DNA of 53,892 bases, filler included, from Sluysia triapertura (lineage: Eukaryota): the NCBI GenBank assembly GCA_046118255.1. It is 4 parts of 4 records of this genome, joined end to end, with 100 filler letters (N's around TTAATTAATTAA, not from the genome) between each part and the next. Parts side by side here need not be neighbours in the genome. Positions count along the whole stretch, not along the records: positions 27,229 to 40,830 come from JBJNIA010029720.1; 3 more parts are not named here. One strand, written 5' to 3'. Position 1 is the first letter of the stretch; every line of letters starts with the position of its first letter. Shown piece after piece: positions 27,229 through 39,015 of the stretch. Below the pieces are notes generated by a model that was given only the letters and a program-made list of their open reading frames with translations, ran no database searches and was not told the origin of the DNA. A program made the position numbers and the translations under genes.

Positions 27229-29470
27229 ATGTTTAATCCATCACTTGTACCAGTTTTTCCCTCATTTTATGATTTTACTTATGTTCATTCCTCTCCAGAT
27301 CCTCAGTTGGGCAATCCCAACAGTAGGATATAATGACGTATGGAAAAGAGCAGTAATCAGAACGGTTTTCTTCTGTCTGGCAGGCTGCTCAATTCTAATA
27401 CTGTCATTTAAAATGTAAATATTAATTTTTAGGACTTTTTACACATATAATATAGTTTTTAAGTTTTTAATATACATTAAACAGTTCTAATTTATATAGT
27501 TTTAATCAACAAAAGTTTAAAGTATGATTTTTAACTCATAATTTATAATTAACTTTAATATTATTATTATATTTTGTTTTATTTATCTTTTTGATTTCTG
27601 TATTACATTTTAGAACATGGTATATACACGTTTCCCCATATGTCAAAAAGCATTCATAAAAAGTACATACAGATGACACCATGTGAACATAAGGCTCACT
27701 TTGAAAGTATGGTAGGATTGTTTAAACATTCTGTAGGAGAAACAGCAAATTGTTCTCTTTGTAGAACTCAGTTTATAGGTATGAATGTGTTCTGTATGAA
27801 TACATCTTTGAGAAGATTCCACCATATGTATTAGAAAGAGGTATAGAGGTACAGGAAGTAGAAATAATACCACCAGAAAACCTCAACAAAAATTCTCAAA
27901 CCAACTAACTTCCCTTCTGGATTGAAGCAGGGTCGCCGTCGTAGGGAAGTGAGAAAGTTCTACAAACAGGCAGAATTATATATGAAATACCAAACGTTAA
28001 GGAAAAATCGATTTTTAAAGAAAAATATTCAATAACTTAATTTCTTCTAATTTTTTTCTTTGTTTTATTTCCTAAAATACATAAGGATTTAATAATATAT
28101 TAATGAAGAAATAAAAATTATCAATTATGAACTAACGATTATTTTTTCATTGTTAACAATTTTTATACATTTTATGAATTATTCTTATATTTAGAAAATC
28201 TATAATGTCAGATTATCCACATGCACATATAATAAACAATATTAATTCCTTTTATAATGGAATAGACAGATTTTGAGGTAACAGTGATATTCCATTTGTA
28301 TTCTTAGATTCAAAATCAACTCCAAATTTTCTTAAAAATGAAATGGATCTACACTTTATTACTTACCTTTACGGAGTGAAGGCACCATTGAATATTCAAA
28401 TATTAGAAGGTTTTCCAGTAGGTAAAGGTCTGTTTGTAATAGCAGCAGCTAGAGGAGCATTGAAAGTAACTTTATTCATGAATAATCTTCCTCTACACTC
28501 TCGTATAAAAGGATTCTCCTCTCCAATTATTAGAAACATAACAGAAAAACGTAGAATCCAAATAGAAGCTGAAGAACTACCAACAACATTTGCTATCCTT
28601 TTTGAAAAACCCATGGATATAATAGATTTAACAAGTTTTCCATTATTATATAAATCTGATATTGATAACATAAACAATTTGCAACAAGGCTTAACTTCCA
28701 CATATTTACCATATGAAGATATAGCTAATAAGGACAACTTAATTTTTGTAGCGATCAATTTAGCTTTAGATTTTCATGATAGACATCAAATTATTCGAGC
28801 TGGTTTCACACCATATCATAGGCAATTTCATTCTGAAGAACTTATGAAACCATGAATGAGAATTAGAACTTTCTAACAGTAGGACACAGATAACGTGAAA
28901 AATATCAAAATGACGCAAAGAATATTGCAAAAATAAGGAAATTTCGGTTAATTACATTACACGATACAATACTTGTAGCTTGCTTGCCGGAATCTATCAT
29001 TAAAACATTTCAAATACCTTTTGGATGGTTACGTGGCATTACCAATTTAACTTCCACAAATTTAGTTTCGTACTCATCATTTCATCCGTCAAATCGTGAT
29101 AGAAAAGTTTTAAAACTTTTATATCCATTTCCACCAAGAGATACTTGTACGAAATTAGCACGAGATTATGTATCACTTTTGAATTGATTAAGAAATTTTA
29201 CCACAATTGGTTAATCAACTCCATCTACTTCTACGTCTTCTTCTATAAATCTTCCGCATAAAGGCATTAAACATAAAGACATTACACTTACATTGTTGAA
29301 TGATATGGGAAACGAAACTGCAATAAAGAGACAGAAAATCGAGAATTCGGCAGACAACGAAGCGGACAAAGGAAATACACTATAAAATGATAATGTTGAA
29401 AATTATGACGAAGACAATTTCGGTACCATTGACTTAAATCTGGATGATGATAATAATTACTTTTAATAAT
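27229..29470 (+). pseudogene. Decayed spliced gene: family A exon, degenerate RING-H2 exon, and a larger exon with weak UDG-superfamily-like motifs
   Basis: 27229-27310 matches the reverse complement of 51058-51140. After the acceptor at 27613: (F)PIC...TPCEHKAHFE(S)M..LF...NCSLCR, a RING-H2 spacing with two Cys lost by single-base changes and one frameshift. The 170-aa ORF 28343-28855 continues after a frameshift to ~29190. Confidence 0.6.
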
Positions 29471-31179
29471 TACTGATAATAATTGTTACGATTTTATTGA
29501 TATTACAAATATTTAATTTTTGACTATATTCTAATAACAATTTTTATTATACTCTTGACAGTTGTTATTATTCTTTTATGATTTTATAGTAATTTCAATT
29601 CAACGGTCTTTTAAAAATGTTACATATATATCTAGCATTATGTTATGTATGAATATAAATATACACAATTGATCACTATTAACTAATTGAATTTGTTTAA
29701 AAAATATTGATTATTATTTTATTTTGTAATTATATTATTTTAAAAAACATCGATTATATTATTTGGAACATTATAATTTAAAATTCAAAAGTATGTTATT
29801 TTATTTTAAATTTTATTATTTTAATAGATTTTAATTTAAACTTTATTTTAATTTTTATAACAACGTGACTGTACAAAAAATTATTATTAAATTTTTTAAT
29901 TTTCAATTTGTTTTAATCTGACCTCTCAAGGTCAGGTTAAAACACTATATAAGATTAAACTAAATTACAAAGTTTACACAAATTTTTACACATTTAATAA
30001 TATAAGTTTTTCATATAGTTAATTTTAAAAGTTTGGTACGCAGTCAAAAGGAGAAATTTTTTGAATTTGTAATTTCAAACAGTCACGTTAGTATAATTTA
30101 TTTTAAGGATCGATAAAATATTTTTATCAAAAGTAAAATCTAACTTAAATTCTTTAATACTTAACTGAACCATATAAAGGTTCAACGAAAAATCATCTTA
30201 TAAATTCTAAACCATAAATAACTAGTTATATCTAGTTATAAGTAAAATATTAACATTTTTATTATATTGATATATTAACAATTTTGTATTAATAAATTTT
30301 CTGTATATTTAATTTATTTTTAATTGATTAAAATTTACTAAAATACTCTAAAAAGGCTTTTATACTAGAATATAAATTCTAGGACGTAAAATCGTTTAAT
30401 CAATCCTATATAACAGGATTTGGTAACATTATTTTTAATTGAAAATATCTCCGAATTTGAGTAATTTATTTTAAGCAAATTTTGAATAGTATTAGAAAAT
30501 ATATTCTAGAAGTGAAACAAGTGTAAGACATACAATTAACATTGATTTTTTAATATTTGACAAGTAATAAGATAACTCCAGAATTGAGATAGATAAGTAT
30601 AAGATATAGGATTAACGTTGATCGACCTTATTAAGCAAATAGTAAAATCTTACGGCTGGCCTTCACTGGTAAGTCCAGTACTTTGGTGAACTCACAATAA
30701 GTTTTAAATAAATTTTTCTTTTATTCTATCACACTCACATCTACTACAAGTCTAAAATAATTGGACAACACTTTTTAACAATGTTCTAAAATAAAAGAAA
30801 TTCCCTGTTGAAAACTGTTACTATAATTAGTTTGCATAAACAGCTTCGAATTTTCCATTTCATATACTACTTATAAATTATTATTTAAGTAGTATGTTTC
30901 AAGTAGTGTTTAAATGACGTTCTTGAACTACTTTTTAAAATTTGTGCTTGTATAATTTGATAAACAGAAATGCTTAATTGTAATTAAGTTTTCTTTGTTG
31001 AATTTTAAAATATTTACATTTAGTTTGCTGTCACTAAAACAAAAGCGTAGCAAAATAATGAAGTTAGAAATGTAAAAAGAAATTCCATTTTGATTATTAT
31101 TATTATTATTATATTTGAATTTGAATTACAAATTTAATGATTTTAAAGAAACCATAGTTTAAATGTTACAGAGATGTGA

Positions 31180-32010
31180 TTTTTTAGTGTTGACAATATG
31201 AGTTAAAACTTTAAGTGATAAAGTTGGCCACCAAAAATCCTATTATCTTTAAACAATTAAAATGAGATTGAATTTGAACATAGACAGAAATTGCTGCCGA
31301 AATTTAATCACTAAAATTAGTCGGCTTATTACCGACTAAAAGAGAATAGAGAGCTTTAATTTCCGTCTTGTTCAATTTCTGATTTTTAATTTTCTAAAAA
31401 CATTATAAACTGCTATATAAGCAGTTACATAAAGTTAGAAAAAAGAAAAGAGATAGAAGTAAGATTTAAGATTAAAGGAAACTTTCTAACTGTAGGGACG
31501 CTGCTTCAGTTCATCAGTGGATAACGGTGGAACTGAAGTGATTTCTCTAGCAATCACCTAAAACCAATTAGACCAGCATAAAGTAGGAATAAAGGTTAGT
31601 GAATTAATTTGTATTGATTGTATTTTGTATTAATACGAGTGCAAAGATTTAAGTTGTGTCACCCCTGGTTGTGATTTGTTCTTAGAGTAATTTATGTTGT
31701 CATAGAGAATAATTTAAAATATTGTTATAGATTATAATTTGTATTTTGTTATAAAGAGTAATTTGTATTGTCGTTATAAAAAATAATTTATACCTTTTAG
31801 TTGTAATTTTGTGATAATTCAAAGAGTATATCGAGATTCTGAATTTGTTTAATCATTGAGTTTTTAATTGATTATTTGTAAAAAAATATAAAAGACACTA
31901 AATTTGCTACGATTTTGTCTGTTTTATTTATTCTTGCAAATTGTTTATAATTAATAATGGTCCGCTTACGACATACGATTTAGATCTAAGGAGACGTATT
32001 CGAAAGTAAC
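31180..32010 (-). repeat. Dispersed repeat B+C, inverted copy
   Basis: Reverse-complement homology to 22200-22250 and 22860-23420. The motif tgataaagttggccacca recurs at 46048. Confidence 0.75.
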
Positions 32011-33329
32011 AGCACTTAAACTCAAGATTTTATCTGAAAATATCCTTCATGAATAGAAATTATCAAGACATATTATTTTATTCATGTAAAATTTCCGAGG
32101 GTTTCCCTATTAATTTAATTTGTTAAGGTAATTTATATTCTAATACGTAATAGTTATGTTATTGTTTACCAAAACTTTATTTATTTCTTTTTAATTATTC
32201 GTTTAAATATGAGTTCAGCTGGAGCAGCTGTTCTCTAAAATTCCTTATTCTTATACGTAGAAATATATTTACTTTTTCTTAAAAAATTCTTTTATACTTT
32301 GACTCTTACTTATTCAACCGCATATAATTCAAAATATCTTACACATTTTTCTTCCTTTTAAATATTTGGACCTTTAATTAAATTCTATGTTTATTTTCTA
32401 TTGAAAATTAAGTTCATTTCAATCTTTTATAGATTTAACTTAATTCTTGATAAAAAAACCTTCCTTGAAACAGCTACAATTCTGAACAATTCCTCAATAT
32501 TTCCTTTCTGTTAATTATTAGTTTAACTTAGAACTAAATATCAACTCCTTTAAAAACTTTATAATTACTTTAAATTCTTTAATACTTAATCTTTCAAACA
32601 TAATAATAATACACAAAAACTAAGTTTTATTAAAAAACAACTATAATAAATAATGCTTAATAAACAAAGATTAAATAAAAAGAGCCAAGATTAAATAAAT
32701 AAATAAATAATATAATTGCATTTCTAGAACCTTTGAATATTTTAAAAAGATAATGTCTAGCCTAAACCCAACTTGTAAATTTCTAGAGTTTACGTTCGAT
32801 TTTGTAATTCCTAACGGAATTATATCTTATCAAGAAAACTTACTAATAGCTTAATTTAATAAAAAGTGATGGACGATCACTGAAATCAGCAGTTTATCAA
32901 CGATGAATTGTCTGGTTTATATGAACGACAGCAAAATTAGTTAACAATTGATGCTCAAAGTCTTGAATATAAAAATGATAGTATAAATGTGCTCACTGTA
33001 TTACAAATGATGCCACAATAAATTTTTCCCTTCATAACTTTGTTATTTACTTGTGACTAAAATTTCGACAATGATTGAATTTTATTTATTCTTAGTACTA
33101 TAATTAATTTTTTTGCCAATTGGATGAGTAACCAGAAGTCAGAAGAGTTAAAATAAGATCAATTAGTTATTCTTTTGTTTTCTTTATTATTATTACTACT
33201 CATTTTTCTTTATTTAGGTAATTTCAGGTTACTTTATTACTATTACTACTATTATTATTATTTTTCATTATTATTATTTTATTATTTATTTTCAGAAACA
33301 GATACATCTGCACCCTGACATATTATATT

Positions 33330-33720
33330 CATAATTAATTTGCTTTGTCAACTCTCGAGTCTTTTCTAATGTTGTCTTATATCCTTCAGCACCAGAAGCT
33401 GTCAACAAAGTTCCTATATTCCTTTTAATTTATTTAATCTCTCTGAAAGTTTTGTATCAATTTTTTTCATTCATCTTCACTATTTTCCTTGAACAGATGA
33501 GCCCTTTCTACTAAAATTCTCAACTGATAAGCACGTTCAGCAACAGTTTCCTTACACCATTGTATTTATACCATTTCCTGATATATTTTTATAAAAGCCG
33601 AATTTAGTCTTTCTCAGTCCTTTTTTCTAATTCTTGTACGAATTTGAATACATTTGATACATGTTCAGTTAAATATGAAGCAAATTTTAAACATTTTTTC
33701 ATAATGCACCCAAAGGATTG
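33330..33720 (-). mobile_element. Retrotransposon gag-like remnant
   Basis: IQWCKETVAERAYQLRILVERAHLFKENSEDE*KKLIQNF fits the Ty3/Gypsy gag Q..ETV.EY..LR.L..RA pattern. Many stops. Same strand as, and upstream of, the inverted B+C repeat. Confidence 0.4.
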
Positions 33721-34804
33721 TTTCTTCACTATATTCGGCAACAACTAATTCTCATCTCTGGAGAATAAGCTTTGGTTGAGTAATAGGCGATTCACGGCAG
33801 ATATAAGTTCTGTCGTTTGTACTCGTGTTATGTTTTCCTTGATTATAATTTTATGTATTGTATTTTATTCTTTGCACTCTATCATAATTTATATGATAGT
33901 TAATATCACTTCTGGTAGACACGTTTATCTAGTGCTTGTTCATAATGAACTTTATATATTTTATTAAAAACTTATATTTTAATAAAACGTATATGCACTT
34001 AAAGTTGTCTTTATGCACCGAGTATCCTCACTTTAGGCACGAATGTAAAATTTCAAAAATCTCTAATAATACATATTAAGTTTTATTTAATTGGTTCTAG
34101 GCTTCTCGAAAATTTCTCTTTCACGGATAACGTTAAACTTGAATACTCTCATATTCATTTCTTTAATAACTGGCAACTTTGCTAGTAATATAAACATTAA
34201 CTTCTATTTATAAATACTAACTTTATATTTATATATTACTTCAAAGTTTATTCTCTATGATTCTTTAGTGCCTGAGCTTTAAAATCTTAATTATTAATCT
34301 AATGATTCTTGATCTAAATTAACTTCTCTTTATAACCTTAGTTTAAATGTATTATTAAAATTAAATAAATTATTTATTAATATAAGTAGTTAATAAACAA
34401 CACACTTTCATTGATAATTTTAATTATGAGTTTTACTTCTTCTAGCTCATTTAGACAAATATATAAAGCATCTTTGCGAAGAAAAATGGTAGAACCAAGT
34501 CCTTTGATCAGCTGAGTTTTTTCTATCGTCTCGCAAAAAGACGATAGAATAAGAATATCATTTCATAAAGTAGTTTTCAACAATTTGTGGTTCATGTTGC
34601 AAGTTCATGATATTATGCCAAGAATTTCACTTAAGACTACGTAAGGAAGAAAAACAAATAGATTCTTTTCATTTGGCAGCACCGAATTACATAATAAATG
34701 AATTTGTTTAAAATGTGTTGTTATTTTATTTTTAAATTCAGCGAAATAAAATCACTACGTTCTGGAAAAGTGTTAAGAAAATAGTGATTCATAGAAGAAG
34801 CAGA

Positions 34805-35200
34805 TTCAGATTTTATGACGCAGGAATAAATCAATCAGTGCAAGTATGAATACTTTACTGCATGAATGAAAAATTGTAACTCAGTTTAACTTTAATAACA
34901 TTGACCAATCAGAACACTTTATTTTGTGACGATTCAGCAATAAATCAATCAGTAATGACTAGAGTTTTCAGTACCAGCTACTTCCATTGGTAGTAATAGT
35001 TTGAGGAAAATATCACTGATGGATATATTTAGCAACAACTGATGATTAATACTTTGTTTTGCAAGTTTGTAACTGAGAAGAAGCACTGAATTAATTAAGA
35101 ATCGATTATGCGCTAGCAATAACGTTTTATTATATTAAATTTTACTAACAAAAAATAATAATTTCTGACTACTAACCGAAATTGGACCAATCGGAAGCGG
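34805..35200. promoter_or_regulatory. Cluster of promoter-like motifs
   Basis: Two direct copies of tgacg...aataaatcaatcagt (~34816-34839, ~34927-34952), CCAAT boxes gaccaatcag (~34903) and gaccaatcgg (~35185), and a CGGAAG site. Confidence 0.3.
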
Positions 35201-35434
35201 AGATAAACAATCATCTATTGAACATCTAATTGTATAATGATATTCTACACTTTTTGAGCTGGGTCAATATAGCACATGTCCAGATGTGACACTCTAAATA
35301 AAAAGTGAATGTTTTAATAAATGTTTTGTATAAACATTTCGACGTTAAATAAATAATTTTTATTTAAGACGGATATAATTTTCATGATTCACATGTAGTA
35401 TAATTGAATAAAATAAAAATGAAATTGTTAGACG

Positions 35435-35506
35435 GGGCTGATAGCTCAGTGGTAGAGCATTCGAACTGCGCAGCGATTGTCCCGGGTTCGATCCCCGATC
35501 AGTCCA
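35435..35506 (+). tRNA. tRNA-like pseudogene/Pol III unit (Ala-type acceptor stem) inside an inverted-repeat cassette, copy 1
   Basis: 72 nt: acceptor GGGCTGA/TCAGTCC-A (G3:U70, A73), D arm GCTC-AGTGGTA-GAGC, T loop GGTTCGATCCC, followed by TTTT. The anticodon stem does not pair in standard register. Confidence 0.8.
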
Positions 35507-35519
35507 TTTTACGAAATCT

Positions 35520-35751
35520 AATACAAGACTATGACAGATCACCTATCATCAAATCAGCATTATGTCCATATGGAGTTTCAATGGCACGGCAATGCATTCA
35601 TACTATAAAAGCCTGTCCACATGCACATGGATTATATAATTTGGTCTCTATTTCTGGAGTGTATGCAACTAGTTTCACTCAGTCACAGTTTAAAGAAAAC
35701 GATATTCGATGTAAAATCTCAACAGTACTGTTACAACGAAAACTTTTATAA
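35520..35751 (+). pseudogene. Unkempt-like CCCH zinc-finger fragment (copy 2)
   Basis: KSALCPYGVSMARQCIHTIKACPHAHGLYNLVSI is a clear paralogue of KSALCMYGTSITGEFIKNGKFCPYAHGLNELVSI at 19415-19515 and retains all of C-C-C-H. Confidence 0.65.
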
Positions 35752-36088
35752 AAAAGATTAATGCTATTTCAATCGTAGCATATTTCTGTGTGAATGAACA
35801 TCTTTGGTCATTAAGTTCTCTTATTAATAAAGAACTTTTTAATATTATATTTTTTGTTATATGTTGTTTTGTTTATTTTCAAGTAAATTAAATAATTTAA
35901 TTATGTTAAACTTTTAAAAAAATAAAATTAATTATAATATCTCAAATAATGTATAACTCTCTCTATTGATATTTTTCCAAGGAATATTTTCTAAAACATT
36001 CGCAAATTTTAATATTTTATCTACTACTAAATTTGTCAATAGTAAACTTGTAACTAAAAATAACTTTTCATTGTTTTTAAGTATAATT

Positions 36089-36090
<2 letters not shown>

Positions 36091-36150
<60 letters not shown>
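36091..36150. repeat. (AAT)n microsatellite
   Basis: Directly visible; it creates the poly-Ile ORFs in the track. Confidence 0.95.
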
Positions 36151-36154
<4 letters not shown>

Positions 36155-36233
36155 GAATAAAATAACAAAACAAATGCAAAAATATTCAAATATATTTACA
36201 TCTGCAACAAATAAAATAATAAAAAATATATAA

Positions 36234-36661
36234 TTAAAAAAATTTATTTATTGTACTTAATCGATACTTCTTTGTCTTAAATAAGTCAGTAATTTCATTG
36301 AAACTTTTCCTTTTTAATTTACTCTGCTTTTCTTTTTCATTAACAATACTATTGTTTTCTTTGCTTTTCGTTCGTTTTTTCTTTATCAAAGAATCTTTGG
36401 TTGGTGTTAATATTTCCGAAACTCGTTTACATTTTTTAACAATAATTTCGAAATTTTTCGAATATCGTTTACGTTTTTTGGTACACATTTGTTCAGTTGG
36501 TTTCGGTGATGTATTCATTACATCACTTTCATTTAACATATCTACGAAAAAAAAGTAAAATTAAAATTAAAAAAAATAATTAACTATAATAAAAATTAAA
36601 ACTATCATCGCACAAATTATTTATATTATTCAATGAATCATCTTCTGAAACAATTGGTTTT
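36234..36661 (-). CDS. 3' exons of a small basic nuclear protein with C-terminal PIP-like motifs
   Basis: Exon ~36661-36603 (KPIVSEDDSLNNINNLCDD) splices in phase via ttttttcgtag to 36541-36234 (MLNESD...KKRKR...EITDLFKTKKYRLSTINKFF*). The 5' exons are not resolved. Confidence 0.5.
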
Positions 36662-38943
36662 CTATGAAAAATGTATATAATAAATCAAATAGTAAATTAA
36701 TACTTGTAATCAATTAATAAATTATTTGAATAAATAAATTCGCAAACGTTTTTATTCATTAATAAAAATATGTTAAATAATTTTATTGAAACGATTATTT
36801 ATTTTTTTGCCATTATACCAATCTAAATTGATTTTGGAAAAAATGTCTGTTTTAATTGGTTTATTCAAAACGAGACAGCCTTACTGTACTGAAAAAAGTA
36901 CAAAGCGTATGTGTAAAAAAAAATGAAATACTTATGTTATTACAAGCACACATAAAAACACATGTGTGATGAGAGTAAGCATCATATCCAATAAGTGATA
37001 TTATTCAAGGCCATTGTTAATGTGTAATGATAAGACCATTTCACATCAATAATTGTACGTACCTAATTAAATAGTGATTACCCAATGAATTTCAATTATA
37101 TTTTAAATCGTATTTAAGTAACTGAATAATGTTACAAAAAAGCAAATATTTTTCTCTGGCTTTGTTTTATTGTTATCTTTGTTGTAGTATTATAATTTAT
37201 TAACTCAAACATTACTATGTATATTCATAGTTTCAATACTTGCATGTCTCAAATAATATATCTTTTGTGATGCAATATTTAAATAGATATTAGGTGAAAA
37301 TTATTTAAATTATTATCATATTTTAAATCTTCGATCATTTATTTAACTTAACATTTCAATAAAATGGAGATTGAAAAATTATAATATTAGGAGTAAATAA
37401 TTAAACAGCAATTGTATACAGAATGGTACAAAAAAGGCATATTACAATGTGAAATGATCTCTAATTGCTAAAGCTGGATATGAACCCAACGGACCGCGCC
37501 CAGGGAGCCCTGTACCCAATGTGTAATCAATCACTTTTTAATAAAAAGTGAGGCCCTTTTAAAATGTGTAACATAAACCATAATGAATGAAGAAATTTAT
37601 TTATCATTATTATTTTAAGTTATATTTTGCCATTTTAGAAATTTCCTGGAAGATATTTCTTGCTGGAAATACTTTTGATAGATTATATACTTTATAAAGA
37701 ATATATTCCTTTGTTGATTTTGCATATATTATGTGATTGATTATCTTAAATTGTTCTCTTAATATTCGTTCTTAGAAAATACTTATTCATTTATCGTGTC
37801 AAGGAATAAATATCTGAATTTGTAAAGTAATAAAATAAAAATCTGACATTTAATAACATAATAATAATTCTATACCAGAATTATCGATTTATTGATTAAC
37901 ACATATATTATCGATCTATATTTAAGTTGTAAATAGCAGTTAATTATAGTAATAAAACATTTTATATATAGATTTTATTAATAAAGTTTAACAATATCAT
38001 AATATTTAGTATTATTTAATTGTAATTTTATAAATAAAGCGTAAATAAAAGCAACACAATTTTAAAAAATTTAAAACATTAAAAAAATTTGTTTTTATTT
38101 TACTAACTTCAAGGACACATTAACTATAAATATAATAGCATAACATTGAACTTATCATAAAAAAATTATCCATTTTCTATTTCTCTCAATACATATTTGG
38201 AGTGATTTCACCCTCAGCTTAATTATATATCAAGAAGAAATCTTCAAAGCTATCATAAAAACTGATTGACAAACCTTTTTTTTTGGGAAAGAATCGTTAC
38301 TTTCTATATTTTAAAGTTTACTGAGTAAAATTTTACTTAAAATACCATAATTAAATTGTTTTCTGCTATCTTTTAAATTGATAGCAAAGTAAAATTTCAT
38401 TTTTTAATTTTTGTTATGAAAGATTTCTCTATAAATTATTATATTTTATTATAACAATCTTTGTATTTTGCAAGTGTTTGTATCCCATTTAGTAATAAAC
38501 AGAGTTATTAGTCTTCTTTAATTTATAATAAAATATTCTTAAATGAAGAAAGAAAATACAGATTTTTGGTTCTATTTAATTAAAGAACCATAATAAAATA
38601 CTAATTTTAGACGGTTCCGTTTAAGTAAGGAATCAGAATAATTTTAACTTCTAATCAAAAAATATTAATAAATTTAGAATTTTACCAAGTCAAACTTTTG
38701 GTTCTATTTATCAGAGAACCTTAGTAAACTCTGTGTTAATTTGGAAATTAAACATTAAGAAACCTTTTACATAATTTAAAATATATAGGTGGCTTAGCAT
38801 TGTCTTAAGAGTTAAGATACCATAAACCTCCATTAGCTATACAAGGGTTCTAGCTATCATCTGTAAGTCTAGATACTGTTGAGATATAGGCCTAAAGTGC
38901 TCATTGGTAAGGTTGACTATTCTAATCTCTAAATTGTTAGACG

Positions 38944-39015
38944 GGGCTGATAGCTCAGTGGTGGAGCATCGAACTGCGCAGCGAGAGGTTCCGGATTCGA
39001 TCCCTGGTCAGTCCA
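38944..39015 (+). tRNA. tRNA-like pseudogene/Pol III unit inside an inverted-repeat cassette, copy 2
   Basis: Same acceptor stem and A box as copy 1, B box diverged (GATTCGATCCC), TTTT terminator. Flanked by ATTGTTAGAC / GTCTAACAAT. Confidence 0.78.

Noticed and set aside
31480-31560. Hammerhead ribozyme (minus-strand CTGATGA...GAAA)
   Set aside because: Stem II does not close directly onto GAAA, there is no stem III/UH site, and the homologous copy at ~23090-23125 lacks GAAA.
34521-34549. Helitron 3' hairpin
   Set aside because: The 11-bp stem is perfect, but there is no CTRR terminus at the expected distance on either strand.
35932-36189. Poly-Ile membrane-like ORFs on both strands
   Set aside because: They are translations of the (AAT)n microsatellite.
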